Below are positions 48,409-57,132 of a DNA stretch of 64,000 bases, in pieces (position 1 is the first letter of the stretch; every line of letters begins with the position of its first letter). The stretch lies in NCBI GenBank assembly GCA_043820875.1, contig JBDRDI010000021.1, positions 91 through 64,090 on the forward strand. Direction: 5' to 3'. The notes under the pieces were generated by a model, which was not told the DNA's origin, searched no databases, and worked only from the letters and a program-made list of their open reading frames with translations. Source of the DNA: a bacterium. GTDB lineage: Bacteria > Patescibacteriota > Patescibacteriia > Patescibacteriales > UBA12075. The translations under genes were made by a program, and so were the position numbers.

Positions 48409-49233
48409 CTATCTTTCACCTGCCGGAAGAATAACCGACACAACAACCATATCTTCAAACTCAGACATCGGCTCAATTACAGCATCTTGCCACATTTCAT
48501 TATTTTCTTTATTTACCGCGGATATTTTTCCAATAATCAAACCGCGCGGAACAAAACTTTCCAATCCGGAAGTAACAACAATGTCGCTCGGATTTATTTC
48601 AGCGCTTTGAGGAATAAACCCCATTTTTATAGTCAAACCAAGATCTCCTTCGGTAATACCGTTTGTTTTTTCCGAACCGAAAATCGCAGCCGCCAATTTA
48701 CATCCGCTATTGCTCGTCAAATAAACTTTGGAAATTTTACCTTTCACTTCCATAATTTTTCCAACGATAACTCCTCGACCAGATACGACTCCCAGCCCCT
48801 CATACAAACCATCATCTGACCCCTTGTCAATTATTATTGTTTCTGTCCGACCCGACAAATCGATTCCGTCTCCTCTGGAGATGACATTACTCATGACATA
48901 TTGATATTGGCTTTGTGATAAAAAATTCAGGTGTTCACGCAAAATTTTGTTTTCATCTTCCAAAATTTTTAATCTGACATTCTCTTCCGTTAAGTCGGCA
49001 ACTTGAACTTCAAACTCTTTTAATTTTTCTTTTAAATTTTCTTCACTTGTTTTTTGACCGAAAGTCGCTCCGATATTTGAGCCCATGGAATAAAATCCGG
49101 AGAATATCGGATTCAAAACATTGGCCGCCATTTTTTCAACGGAAGTCAAAGCGCCAAGCTGGTATAAAAAAATGAGCAGCCCAATAACTGCTATCAAAAT
49201 AAATGTTTTCTGTTTGCCAACTTTTTTAAACAT
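48409..49233 (-). CDS. mreC: Rod shape-determining protein MreC
   Basis: TM, coiled coil, IIDKGS.DG, VVTSGL...P.GL.IG. Confidence 0.92.
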   Translation of the reverse strand: MFKKVGKQKTFILIAVIGLLIFLYQLGALTSVEKMAANVLNPIFSGFYSMGSNIGATFGQKTSEENLKEKLKEFEVQVADLTEENVRLKILEDENKILREHLNFLSQSQYQYVMSNVISRGDGIDLSGRTETIIIDKGSDDGLYEGLGVVSGRGVIVGKIMEVKGKISKVYLTSNSGCKLAAAIFGSEKTNGITEGDLGLTIKMGFIPQSAEINPSDIVVTSGLESFVPRGLIIGKISAVNKENNEMWQDAVIEPMSEFEDMVVVSVILPAGER

Positions 49234-49244
49234 AGGAACGGAGT

Positions 49245-50288
49245 CTAAAGTTCTTCAGCGCGGGGTGACAAAACTCTTTCCAGAAGTTCCGCGTCACTCA
49301 ACAAAATACCCGTGCCTCTTACCACACAAGTTAAAGGATCGTCAGCGACGTGTACTGGTATTTTTGTGGCCTGAGCAATTTCTTTGTCCAACCCGCGAAT
49401 CAATGCTCCTCCACCGGACAACACTATGCCATGTTCATAAATATCCGAGACCAATTCGGGCGGAGTAATTTCCAAAGTGGTTTTAATATTTTCAATTATT
49501 TGTTTTGTAGTCTTACTTATCGCTTCTCTGATTTGACTGTCAGAAATTGCCACGGCTCTTGGAAGTCCATTTATCAAATCCCGACCCTTTACTTCCATTT
49601 CTATCGGCTCTTTCAATGGCGCGGCGGAACCAATTTTCATTTTGATATTTTCAGAGACCTGTTCTCCGATTAATATATTAAATTCTTCCCTGACATATTG
49701 GATAATATTATTGTCCAACTCATTTCCGGCAAGACGCAAAGATTTCCAAGTTACGACTCCGCCCAAAGATATGACAGAAATTTCCGTGGTTCCTCCGCCA
49801 ATATCCACAATCATTGTGGCAGTAGGATCACTTACCGGCAAACGGGCGCCGATAGCGGCGGCCATTGATTCTTCAATTAAATAAACCTGGCGTGCGCCTG
49901 CTGACTTTGCCGCGTCTTCCACGGCTTTTTTTTCAACTTCTGTAATGTCCAGAGGTATCCCAATCACCACGCGCGGACGCGGAATCAAAGTAAAGCTTTC
50001 ACTGTGAACTTTATCAATAAAATATTTAAGCATTTTTTCCGTCACTTCAAAATCGGAAATAACACCGTCAACCAATGGCCTGATAGCTTGAATGTGACCA
50101 GGGGTTTTTCCAACCATTTTTCTCGCCTCTTCGCCCACGGCTAAAATTTCTTCGGTTCGCATATTCACTGCCACCACCGAAGGCTCATTAATAACTATGC
50201 CTTTGTCGCTGGTATAAACCAAGGTATTTTTTGTTCCAAGATCAATGCCGAGGTCTTTACTAAATTTTCCCAAAAATTTATTAAACAT
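49245..50288 (-). CDS. mreB: Actin-like MreB
   Basis: GIDLGT.NT, EPSVVA, DIGGGTTE, GGGAL. Confidence 0.97.
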   Translation of the reverse strand: MFNKFLGKFSKDLGIDLGTKNTLVYTSDKGIVINEPSVVAVNMRTEEILAVGEEARKMVGKTPGHIQAIRPLVDGVISDFEVTEKMLKYFIDKVHSESFTLIPRPRVVIGIPLDITEVEKKAVEDAAKSAGARQVYLIEESMAAAIGARLPVSDPTATMIVDIGGGTTEISVISLGGVVTWKSLRLAGNELDNNIIQYVREEFNILIGEQVSENIKMKIGSAAPLKEPIEMEVKGRDLINGLPRAVAISDSQIREAISKTTKQIIENIKTTLEITPPELVSDIYEHGIVLSGGGALIRGLDKEIAQATKIPVHVADDPLTCVVRGTGILLSDAELLERVLSPRAEEL

Positions 50289-50309
50289 AACTACGAAGTC
50301 GACTGATAT

Positions 50310-51539
50310 TTATTTGATTTTTTTGACTATATCTTTGAATTTAATTAATTCACATTCATTGCTGTTTCGCTTTTTTATTTCTACGGCGTTTTCTTTTATT
50401 GTTTTTTCGCTTACCACCACTCTCCACGGGCATCCAATTAAATCGGCATCAGCGAATTTTTGTCCAGCTGAAATATCGTCACGGTCGTCGTATAAAACTT
50501 CTACACCGTTATTTAACAACTCTTGATACATTTTTTCCGCTTCGTCATTCTGTTTAATAGAAATTAAATTTATCTTAAACGGCGCGACATTTTCCGGCCA
50601 AACAACTCCCCTTTCATCATTATTTATCTCTACGATTGTCCCTATTAATCTTTGCAAGCCAATGCCGAAACAACCCATAATCACATTTTTCTTCTCGCCG
50701 TTTTTATCCAAATATTTCAGATCAAACGGTTCTGAAAATTTTGCGCCCAATTTGAAAATATTTCCGACTTCTACGGCTTTTTCCTCACGCAATTTATTAC
50801 TCCCACATTCTGGGCATTTATTTTCTTGGTCTTTTATAATTTCTTTATTGATTGCTATTTGGCATTTGTCGCAAATATAAATCAAATCTTCACCTGCCTT
50901 AGTCAGGGTTTGAAATTCGTGCGAATATTTTGCGAAGCTTCCGCCGGAGGCATATGTTAAATATGTAATATCACCAATACCGCAACGATTAAAAATATTT
51001 TTATAAGCGGTAATAATTTTTTCATAATAACTATCCAAATCTTCCTGACTGGCATGAAAAGAATAAAAATCTTTCATCACAAATTCACGACCACGCATTA
51101 ATCCTGACTTGGCGCGCTTCTCGTTTCTGAATTTATTTTGAAACTGATAAACATATTTCGGCAAATCTTTATAGGAAGAAATAAATCTTTTGGCCAAAGG
51201 AGTGATTATTTCTTCATGAGTCGGTCCGATTGCAAATTCTTTATCATCAACTTTCAACTGAAAAAGATCATCCATGCCTGTCCATCGTCCGGTTTTTTCC
51301 CAATTTTCTTTGGGATGTAAACTGGGTAAAAATAATTCTTGTCCGCCAACCGCGTTCATTTCTTCCCTGATAATCTGTTCAACTTTTTTGTACACCTTAA
51401 ATCCAAGTGGCAACAATGTATAAACGCCAGCCATTACTTTATCCACAAATCCGCCCTGAATCAAAAGTTTTGCGTTTAAACTAACTTCGTCTTTCGGAAT
51501 CTGCTTGATTGTTTTTGTGAAATTTTGAGATTGCCGCAT
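50310..51539 (-). CDS. proS: Proline-tRNA ligase (short form)
   Basis: GPTHEE, FRNE.R..SGLMRGREFVMKD.YSF, EVGNIFKLG. Confidence 0.94.
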   Translation of the reverse strand: MRQSQNFTKTIKQIPKDEVSLNAKLLIQGGFVDKVMAGVYTLLPLGFKVYKKVEQIIREEMNAVGGQELFLPSLHPKENWEKTGRWTGMDDLFQLKVDDKEFAIGPTHEEIITPLAKRFISSYKDLPKYVYQFQNKFRNEKRAKSGLMRGREFVMKDFYSFHASQEDLDSYYEKIITAYKNIFNRCGIGDITYLTYASGGSFAKYSHEFQTLTKAGEDLIYICDKCQIAINKEIIKDQENKCPECGSNKLREEKAVEVGNIFKLGAKFSEPFDLKYLDKNGEKKNVIMGCFGIGLQRLIGTIVEINNDERGVVWPENVAPFKINLISIKQNDEAEKMYQELLNNGVEVLYDDRDDISAGQKFADADLIGCPWRVVVSEKTIKENAVEIKKRNSNECELIKFKDIVKKIK

Positions 51540-51663
51540 ACGTGCTATTTTTTTATTTATTTATATTATTATATTACATTAAAATATGAGAGTTTGTCAA
51601 AATACATAAAATATAAAAGAGGGAAAAATATTTTTCCCTCTTCATGCATTAACGGAAAATAAT

Positions 51664-52686
51664 CTATATTCTGCTCAATTTGTTGCAAACCGCCAGAATC
51701 GGACTGGCCAAAAAAATTGATGAATATGCTCCAAAAAAGACGCCGATTATCAGTGCCAGTACAAAACTTCTAATTGACTCTCCTCCAAAAATAAAAATAG
51801 AAAGCAAGCAAATCAACGTGGTCATAGAAGTATTGATTGATCGCCTAATTATTTGGTTAACACTAGTGTTGACTGTCTCTTCAAAACTGTCATCGCTTTT
51901 TGGCAAATTCTCTCTAATACGGTCAAACACAACGATTGTATCCATAACCGAATATCCTAGAACAGTCAAAATCGCGGCTACAAAAGGAGTGTTGATTTCT
52001 ATATTTAAAAATCTTCCAAGTACAGCAAAAATACCGATTGTTATCGTAACATCGTGGACCAAGGCGATAATAGCCGCCAAACCGTATTTCCAAGAAGCCA
52101 CCGGCTTGGAAACTTTTCTGAATGACCAAGCGATGAACAACATAATAAAAATCAAAACTACAATAATCGCGTTTAATGATTTTGTTTTTAATTCTTGGCC
52201 TATCGTCCCGCCAACCGAATCATATCTCAGTTCTTCAACAAGTTTATTTTCGAAATCAGTCTGTATTATTACCGCGGTTGTTGTTCCGCTCCCTGCCACA
52301 ATATCCAAGTCAATATCAACACTTTCAGTTCCTGTCGCGGTTGCTGATTCATCCTCCAAATTTTCTGTATTATTTTTTTGAACCAATTCTTCCAATTTTT
52401 CTAAAGTTTTTTGGTGTTTTTCTTGGCTTGTATTTTGAAAACGCAAAATCACGCCGTCTTCTCCCACTGACTGTACTATCAAGCTACCCAAGTCCAAATC
52501 ACGGACAGCTTCTTCAATATCGCTATTAGCCGGTCTATCCGTATTAAATTTTACTTCCAATAAACTACCTCCGGTAAAATCAATACCAAGTTTTAATCCC
52601 CAAACTAAAATAGCCAAAACGGAAACAGCGACAAGAAAACCGGAAAACGACAACCAGATTTTTCTTTTTTGAATTATATCAAACAT
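51664..52686 (-). CDS. secF: Protein translocase subunit SecF
   Basis: LGIDFTGG, HDV, GYSV.DTIVVFDRIRE. Confidence 0.96.
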   Translation of the reverse strand: MFDIIQKRKIWLSFSGFLVAVSVLAILVWGLKLGIDFTGGSLLEVKFNTDRPANSDIEEAVRDLDLGSLIVQSVGEDGVILRFQNTSQEKHQKTLEKLEELVQKNNTENLEDESATATGTESVDIDLDIVAGSGTTTAVIIQTDFENKLVEELRYDSVGGTIGQELKTKSLNAIIVVLIFIMLFIAWSFRKVSKPVASWKYGLAAIIALVHDVTITIGIFAVLGRFLNIEINTPFVAAILTVLGYSVMDTIVVFDRIRENLPKSDDSFEETVNTSVNQIIRRSINTSMTTLICLLSIFIFGGESIRSFVLALIIGVFFGAYSSIFLASPILAVCNKLSRI

Positions 52687-52709
52687 ACTTATTAATTATT
52701 TTTTACTAA

Positions 52710-54770
52710 TTATTTCTTAATAGAAAAAAGCCACATTCTTTTTTCAAGCCATTTCCCAATAACAACCTTTAATAATATTTTTGTGATTATTATTGCTGAA
52801 AACATGGAAATGGAAACGCCCAGAAACAAAGTGACGGCAAATCCTTTTACTATGCTGGTTGAAAACATATATAAAATAACGCAAGTCAGCAAAGTGGAAA
52901 TATTACCATCGCGAATAGACGGCCAAGCGCGAGAAAAAGAATTTTCCAAAGCTTCATTCAACGGCATTCCGTCTTTTAATTCTTCTTTCAATCTTTCAAA
53001 TATCAAAACATTCGCGTCCACGGCCATACCTATTGATAAAATAAATCCGGCCACTCCCGACAAAGTAAGCGTTACCGGCCAAATTTTGAATATAGCCAAA
53101 ACTAAAACTCCGTAAATAGTCAGAGAAAAAACAGATACAATACCAGGCAACCGATAGAGCAAAACCATAAACAGCGCCACAAACATTATACCGATCGCAC
53201 CGGCGCGCAAACTGGCCAGAAGCGACGCTTTCCCCAAACTCGCGCCGACTGTTTGTTGACTTAATAAATAAATTGGCACAGGCAATGCTCCGGCATTAAG
53301 ATATTTTTTCAATTCCTTGGCTTCATTAACATTAAACTTTCCGGATATTACCGCCTCCCCGCCGCTAATTTTTTCATTTACTGTCGGCATGCTGATTGCG
53401 TTTCCATCCAAAAATATACCGACCACCTTACCAACATTACGCTCTGTGATATTCTCAAACAAATCCGCGCCTTCTTTGTCAAACTTTAAAACAACTTCCG
53501 GCGAACTGTCGTTCGGATTGAATTGGACCTCGGAACCTTCCAAATTTTTTCCGGTAAGCTCGGTTAATTTCCATTCTCTTTGGTCTCCCAATATGTCGCT
53601 CTCGCTTATTGTGGCAAAAAACATATGACTCAAGCGATATTCATCAATATCTCTTTCATCTTCTTTATAAATAATATGATAACCGAATTTTGTTTCCACA
53701 ACATAAGAAATGGTTCCCTTTGTTTGATTATCAAAAACCGTATCGGAAAAAGGTTCAACCATCATTTCTTGCGCAAACCATCCCAGCTCTCCGCCATTTG
53801 ACGCACTTCCCATATCCGTGGAATATTTTTCCGCTAAACTCGCAAAATTTTTCGGAGTAGCCTGATTTTTTATTTCTTTTATTTTTGCGTACGCCTCTTC
53901 TTTGCTGATTGCGTCCTGACATCCTTCAGCGTCTTGATAACAAACCAATATATGGCTTGCTTTTACTTCTTTTTCAACTTTTGTTTCATCAAAAGGATTA
54001 GTTTTTTTTCTTTTATCAGTCAATTTTAATATTTGGTAACCATTGGTTCTTTCTTCTATATCAGTTATGTCTCCCACTTTTAAATTTTTCACGCTTGTCG
54101 TCATTTGAAAACTGTCTTGAGCCGTAATCCAACCAAGGTCACCACCGATTTCTTTGGTTTTTTCGTCATCGCCGTAATCTCTGGCCAAAGAAGCGAAATC
54201 CCCGCCGGAAAGCAATTTGCCCAAAACTTCTTCTGCTTTTTTCTTTTTTTCATTATTATATTCTTCCATTTGTTCCGCTTCCTCGGCAGTAAGCTCGCGC
54301 TCGTTTTCAGCTTGTTCTTTAAATTCCAAAAGAGGAGTTTCACCAATCATTCTGATTGCTTCATTAACATCTTTTATTCCGGCCAATTCCACCACGATTC
54401 GATAATCTCCTCCAGAAGTGCTGGTTTGCACAATCGGTTCGCTGACTCCGTACGCGTTTACTCGGCGCTCTATAACGTCTCTCACGCCCTCCAACGCGCT
54501 TGATCTGTCTGCAGAGTCTATATTCGCCATATCGGCTTGATACACCATGTGACTGCCACCCAACAAATCAAGTCCCAAACGAAATGGAATCTCTTTTGTG
54601 TGTGGAAGCGTAAAATTTATTCTATCGCTGATATAATCCGCTGCCGTATTATATTTTTCTCCAACATCAATAAGAAGTCCGGCAACAACCAAAATAATTA
54701 TAAAAACAAAAGATCTCCAGACACGCCCGCGCTGGCTTGGTTGAAATATTTTTTCTATGATATTGGGCAT
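52710..54770 (-). CDS. secD: Protein translocase subunit SecD with inserted parvulin PPIase domains
   Basis: LGLDLLGG, GVSEP, GALPVP, GMAVDANVLIFER; internal ASHIL...GGELGWF...TKFGYHII. Confidence 0.95.
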   Translation of the reverse strand: MPNIIEKIFQPSQRGRVWRSFVFIIILVVAGLLIDVGEKYNTAADYISDRINFTLPHTKEIPFRLGLDLLGGSHMVYQADMANIDSADRSSALEGVRDVIERRVNAYGVSEPIVQTSTSGGDYRIVVELAGIKDVNEAIRMIGETPLLEFKEQAENERELTAEEAEQMEEYNNEKKKKAEEVLGKLLSGGDFASLARDYGDDEKTKEIGGDLGWITAQDSFQMTTSVKNLKVGDITDIEERTNGYQILKLTDKRKKTNPFDETKVEKEVKASHILVCYQDAEGCQDAISKEEAYAKIKEIKNQATPKNFASLAEKYSTDMGSASNGGELGWFAQEMMVEPFSDTVFDNQTKGTISYVVETKFGYHIIYKEDERDIDEYRLSHMFFATISESDILGDQREWKLTELTGKNLEGSEVQFNPNDSSPEVVLKFDKEGADLFENITERNVGKVVGIFLDGNAISMPTVNEKISGGEAVISGKFNVNEAKELKKYLNAGALPVPIYLLSQQTVGASLGKASLLASLRAGAIGIMFVALFMVLLYRLPGIVSVFSLTIYGVLVLAIFKIWPVTLTLSGVAGFILSIGMAVDANVLIFERLKEELKDGMPLNEALENSFSRAWPSIRDGNISTLLTCVILYMFSTSIVKGFAVTLFLGVSISMFSAIIITKILLKVVIGKWLEKRMWLFSIKK

Positions 54771-54937
54771 AAATAAATTAAAAATAAAAATAGCTCACGG
54801 CTAATATAATTATATTAAACCAAAACAAAAAAAGGCGCAATATTGACAAAATGGAAAAAGATGTTTTAATTAAAAAAACCGCAAATTCCTCCTTTGTTTG
54901 CGGTTTTGTTTTGAGATTCTTTTGAAAATTGCGCGAC

Positions 54938-55942
54938 TTACTCGCTATAGAAACGCCTTAACTCCGACGCTAACTTTTCTACAAATTGCGGAAAAGACGC
55001 GGCGTTTACTTTTCCACCCATATTCTTTACGCCGAATCCTCCCTTGCCATCTCTTCCTCCTCCACCCATGTGCTTGCAAAAAGAAACGCTGTCTATCTTG
55101 CTATCCGGATGCTTGAAAAATAACACGTTATTAGTTGGCGGACCAAAAGCGATTATATATCCGTCCGCGCATTCTCCCACGTCTCTTATAAATCCTTCCA
55201 CGGTTTCTTTGCTGTGAAACAACGAGCTCGCATAGCTGACAAGAAAACTAAGGTCAGAGAAAGAAAACCTTCTGACGTTGCGCAGGAGAGAATCAGATTC
55301 CTTTTGGATACTTTCCTTATAGCTTTCAACTAGCCGAGAATAAAAAATTGAACCGAACAATTCTTCTCTGGCCAATTCGCGAACAATCTGCTCCAGGGCT
55401 GATTTCATACCCGGATAGCTGTTTAAAAACGATATGGCATTCTGCAGTTTCTTCCCCTCTTCAAAACATGAATTGCTTGCGCCGGAAATTTCGCAAAGGC
55501 GATCTCCCTCCTCCGGATAATCACTGCACTGAGCGATGTCAGCCAACTTTTCTGCATAGCTGTCATCGCTAAGTGTATTTGATCTATGAATAAGCATGGC
55601 GGCACAGACACCTTTACCCACAGCGTAATTATAGTGAAATTCGTCAAGAGTTATTTGATTATCTATCGTATCTTGATGGTGGTCAATCCACATCACATAG
55701 CAAGGCGAGGAAGAATAAACCCGCCTGATAAATTCGGTCTTCGCAGATAAATCAGCAACAAAAATATTCCTGCCCTTAAGGCTTACCAAAAGATCAAACA
55801 TCTTTTCTTCTTCGCTGTGCGCGATTAATATTATTTTTGTTTTAGCACATTCTTCTTTTCCAATCTTTCGAAGAAGAAGGGCCGCGGAGATTATACCATC
55901 AACATCTTCTGCATGCGAGACGATAATATTGTCGTATTTCAC
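54938..55942 (-). CDS. DHH-family phosphoesterase
   Basis: H..DVDG, VAD, IDHH, GGGG motif. Confidence 0.8.
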   Translation of the reverse strand: MKYDNIIVSHAEDVDGIISAALLLRKIGKEECAKTKIILIAHSEEEKMFDLLVSLKGRNIFVADLSAKTEFIRRVYSSSPCYVMWIDHHQDTIDNQITLDEFHYNYAVGKGVCAAMLIHRSNTLSDDSYAEKLADIAQCSDYPEEGDRLCEISGASNSCFEEGKKLQNAISFLNSYPGMKSALEQIVRELAREELFGSIFYSRLVESYKESIQKESDSLLRNVRRFSFSDLSFLVSYASSLFHSKETVEGFIRDVGECADGYIIAFGPPTNNVLFFKHPDSKIDSVSFCKHMGGGGRDGKGGFGVKNMGGKVNAASFPQFVEKLASELRRFYSE

Positions 55943-56000
55943 TTCTCAACCTCCCTTTGGTTGTTTTAAAGTACAGTAATAACTATTAGAATATTTTATA

Positions 56001-56630
56001 TTATATTAAATTTATGGTTTTGTCAAGTATATTTCTCACTTCTCTTGACCTTGTTTTTTTATCGCCTGAGATACGATAATATGGAATATTTAATTCCATC
56101 AAGAGATCGAGAATAACATCATCTATGTCTTTTTGAAATTTTGGATCAGTGGAACGCATGCCGTTGTCTTCAATCGGAAATTCACCGGTTGGCAAATATA
56201 TTACCAAATCATAATTAATATTTTTTTTAATCATTTCTCCGGCCACGCGCAAAAACTCTGGCTCGTGTTGAAATAAGAAATGAGCGTAAGCCAGAATATC
56301 AATCAAACATTTATCCGCCACCCACGGTTGAGGCGTTAAAAGTTCAAGTTCAATTTGTTTTGCAATAATCCACCATTCCGATTCAACGGAAGTTATATCG
56401 TTCACTGGAAATCCTTTTTGCAATGCCTCAATCGGCCCATCCGGCAGATATTTCCAACGAAGATGCTGACCGCTGATTGTTTTTGCCAAAACAGTCTTAT
56501 CTGGATTATTTATTCCGTCCACCAAAACACCGCCCACCCGAGTTGTATATTTCTCTCGCAAATATTTGTGCAACTCCTGCGCTATTGTTGTTTTACCGGT
56601 CCCATGAGAACCGAGGATAACGATTTTCAT
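56001..56630 (-). CDS. P-loop nucleotide kinase-like ATPase (AAA_28/NadR-like)
   Basis: GSHGTGKTT, D...ID..AY, YDLVIYLP, D.G.R. Confidence 0.8.
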   Translation of the reverse strand: MKIVILGSHGTGKTTIAQELHKYLREKYTTRVGGVLVDGINNPDKTVLAKTISGQHLRWKYLPDGPIEALQKGFPVNDITSVESEWWIIAKQIELELLTPQPWVADKCLIDILAYAHFLFQHEPEFLRVAGEMIKKNINYDLVIYLPTGEFPIEDNGMRSTDPKFQKDIDDVILDLLMELNIPYYRISGDKKTRSREVRNILDKTINLI

Positions 56631-56687
56631 ATTTTTATTTTAAAAAATTATTTCCTACAACATTTTTTATATTTCTTGACCGTCTCG

Positions 56688-57113
56688 TTATTTATAAGCT
56701 TGTTTAACTTGTTCTTTGGTTAAATAAAGATAAGACAGGTCGGGATCGCAATAGTGCCTTCCTTTTTTTATTTTCCCATTTTGCATTTCTAAAATAATCA
56801 CCAACGGGGTTCTATATACTTTTTTCGTCTTCGGATCGGGATAGCTCTCAATCATTTCAATCATAACCACGCCGTCTCCTTCAGCTACGTGCTTTATGTC
56901 GTACTCACGATTTTTAATCAAGTATACTTCCTCTAACTTTTTCCGCAGATTCTTTCTTGTTCTCGGAAATATCTTCCCTTTTTTCGTTCTATACATCCAT
57001 GTCATTGAGTAATCATCTGCAAGTTTTTTTAAAGCCGCTTTAACATTGCCGCTTGTCTCATCCCGCAATATTTCCAAAACGGTCTTTATATTTTTACTTA
57101 ATTTTTTCCGCAT
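56688..57113 (-). CDS. SnoaL/NTF2-like protein
   Basis: LADD..., VAEGD.V.IE, NGKI...RHY.D. Confidence 0.75.
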   Translation of the reverse strand: MRKKLSKNIKTVLEILRDETSGNVKAALKKLADDYSMTWMYRTKKGKIFPRTRKNLRKKLEEVYLIKNREYDIKHVAEGDGVVMIEMIESYPDPKTKKVYRTPLVIILEMQNGKIKKGRHYCDPDLSYLYLTKEQVKQAYK

Positions 57114-57132
57114 AAATTTACTTTATTAAATT

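Noticed and set aside
51680-52381. 233-aa plus-strand ORF and similar long antisense ORFs (e.g. 1513-2307)
   Set aside because: Antisense shadows of better-supported minus-strand genes
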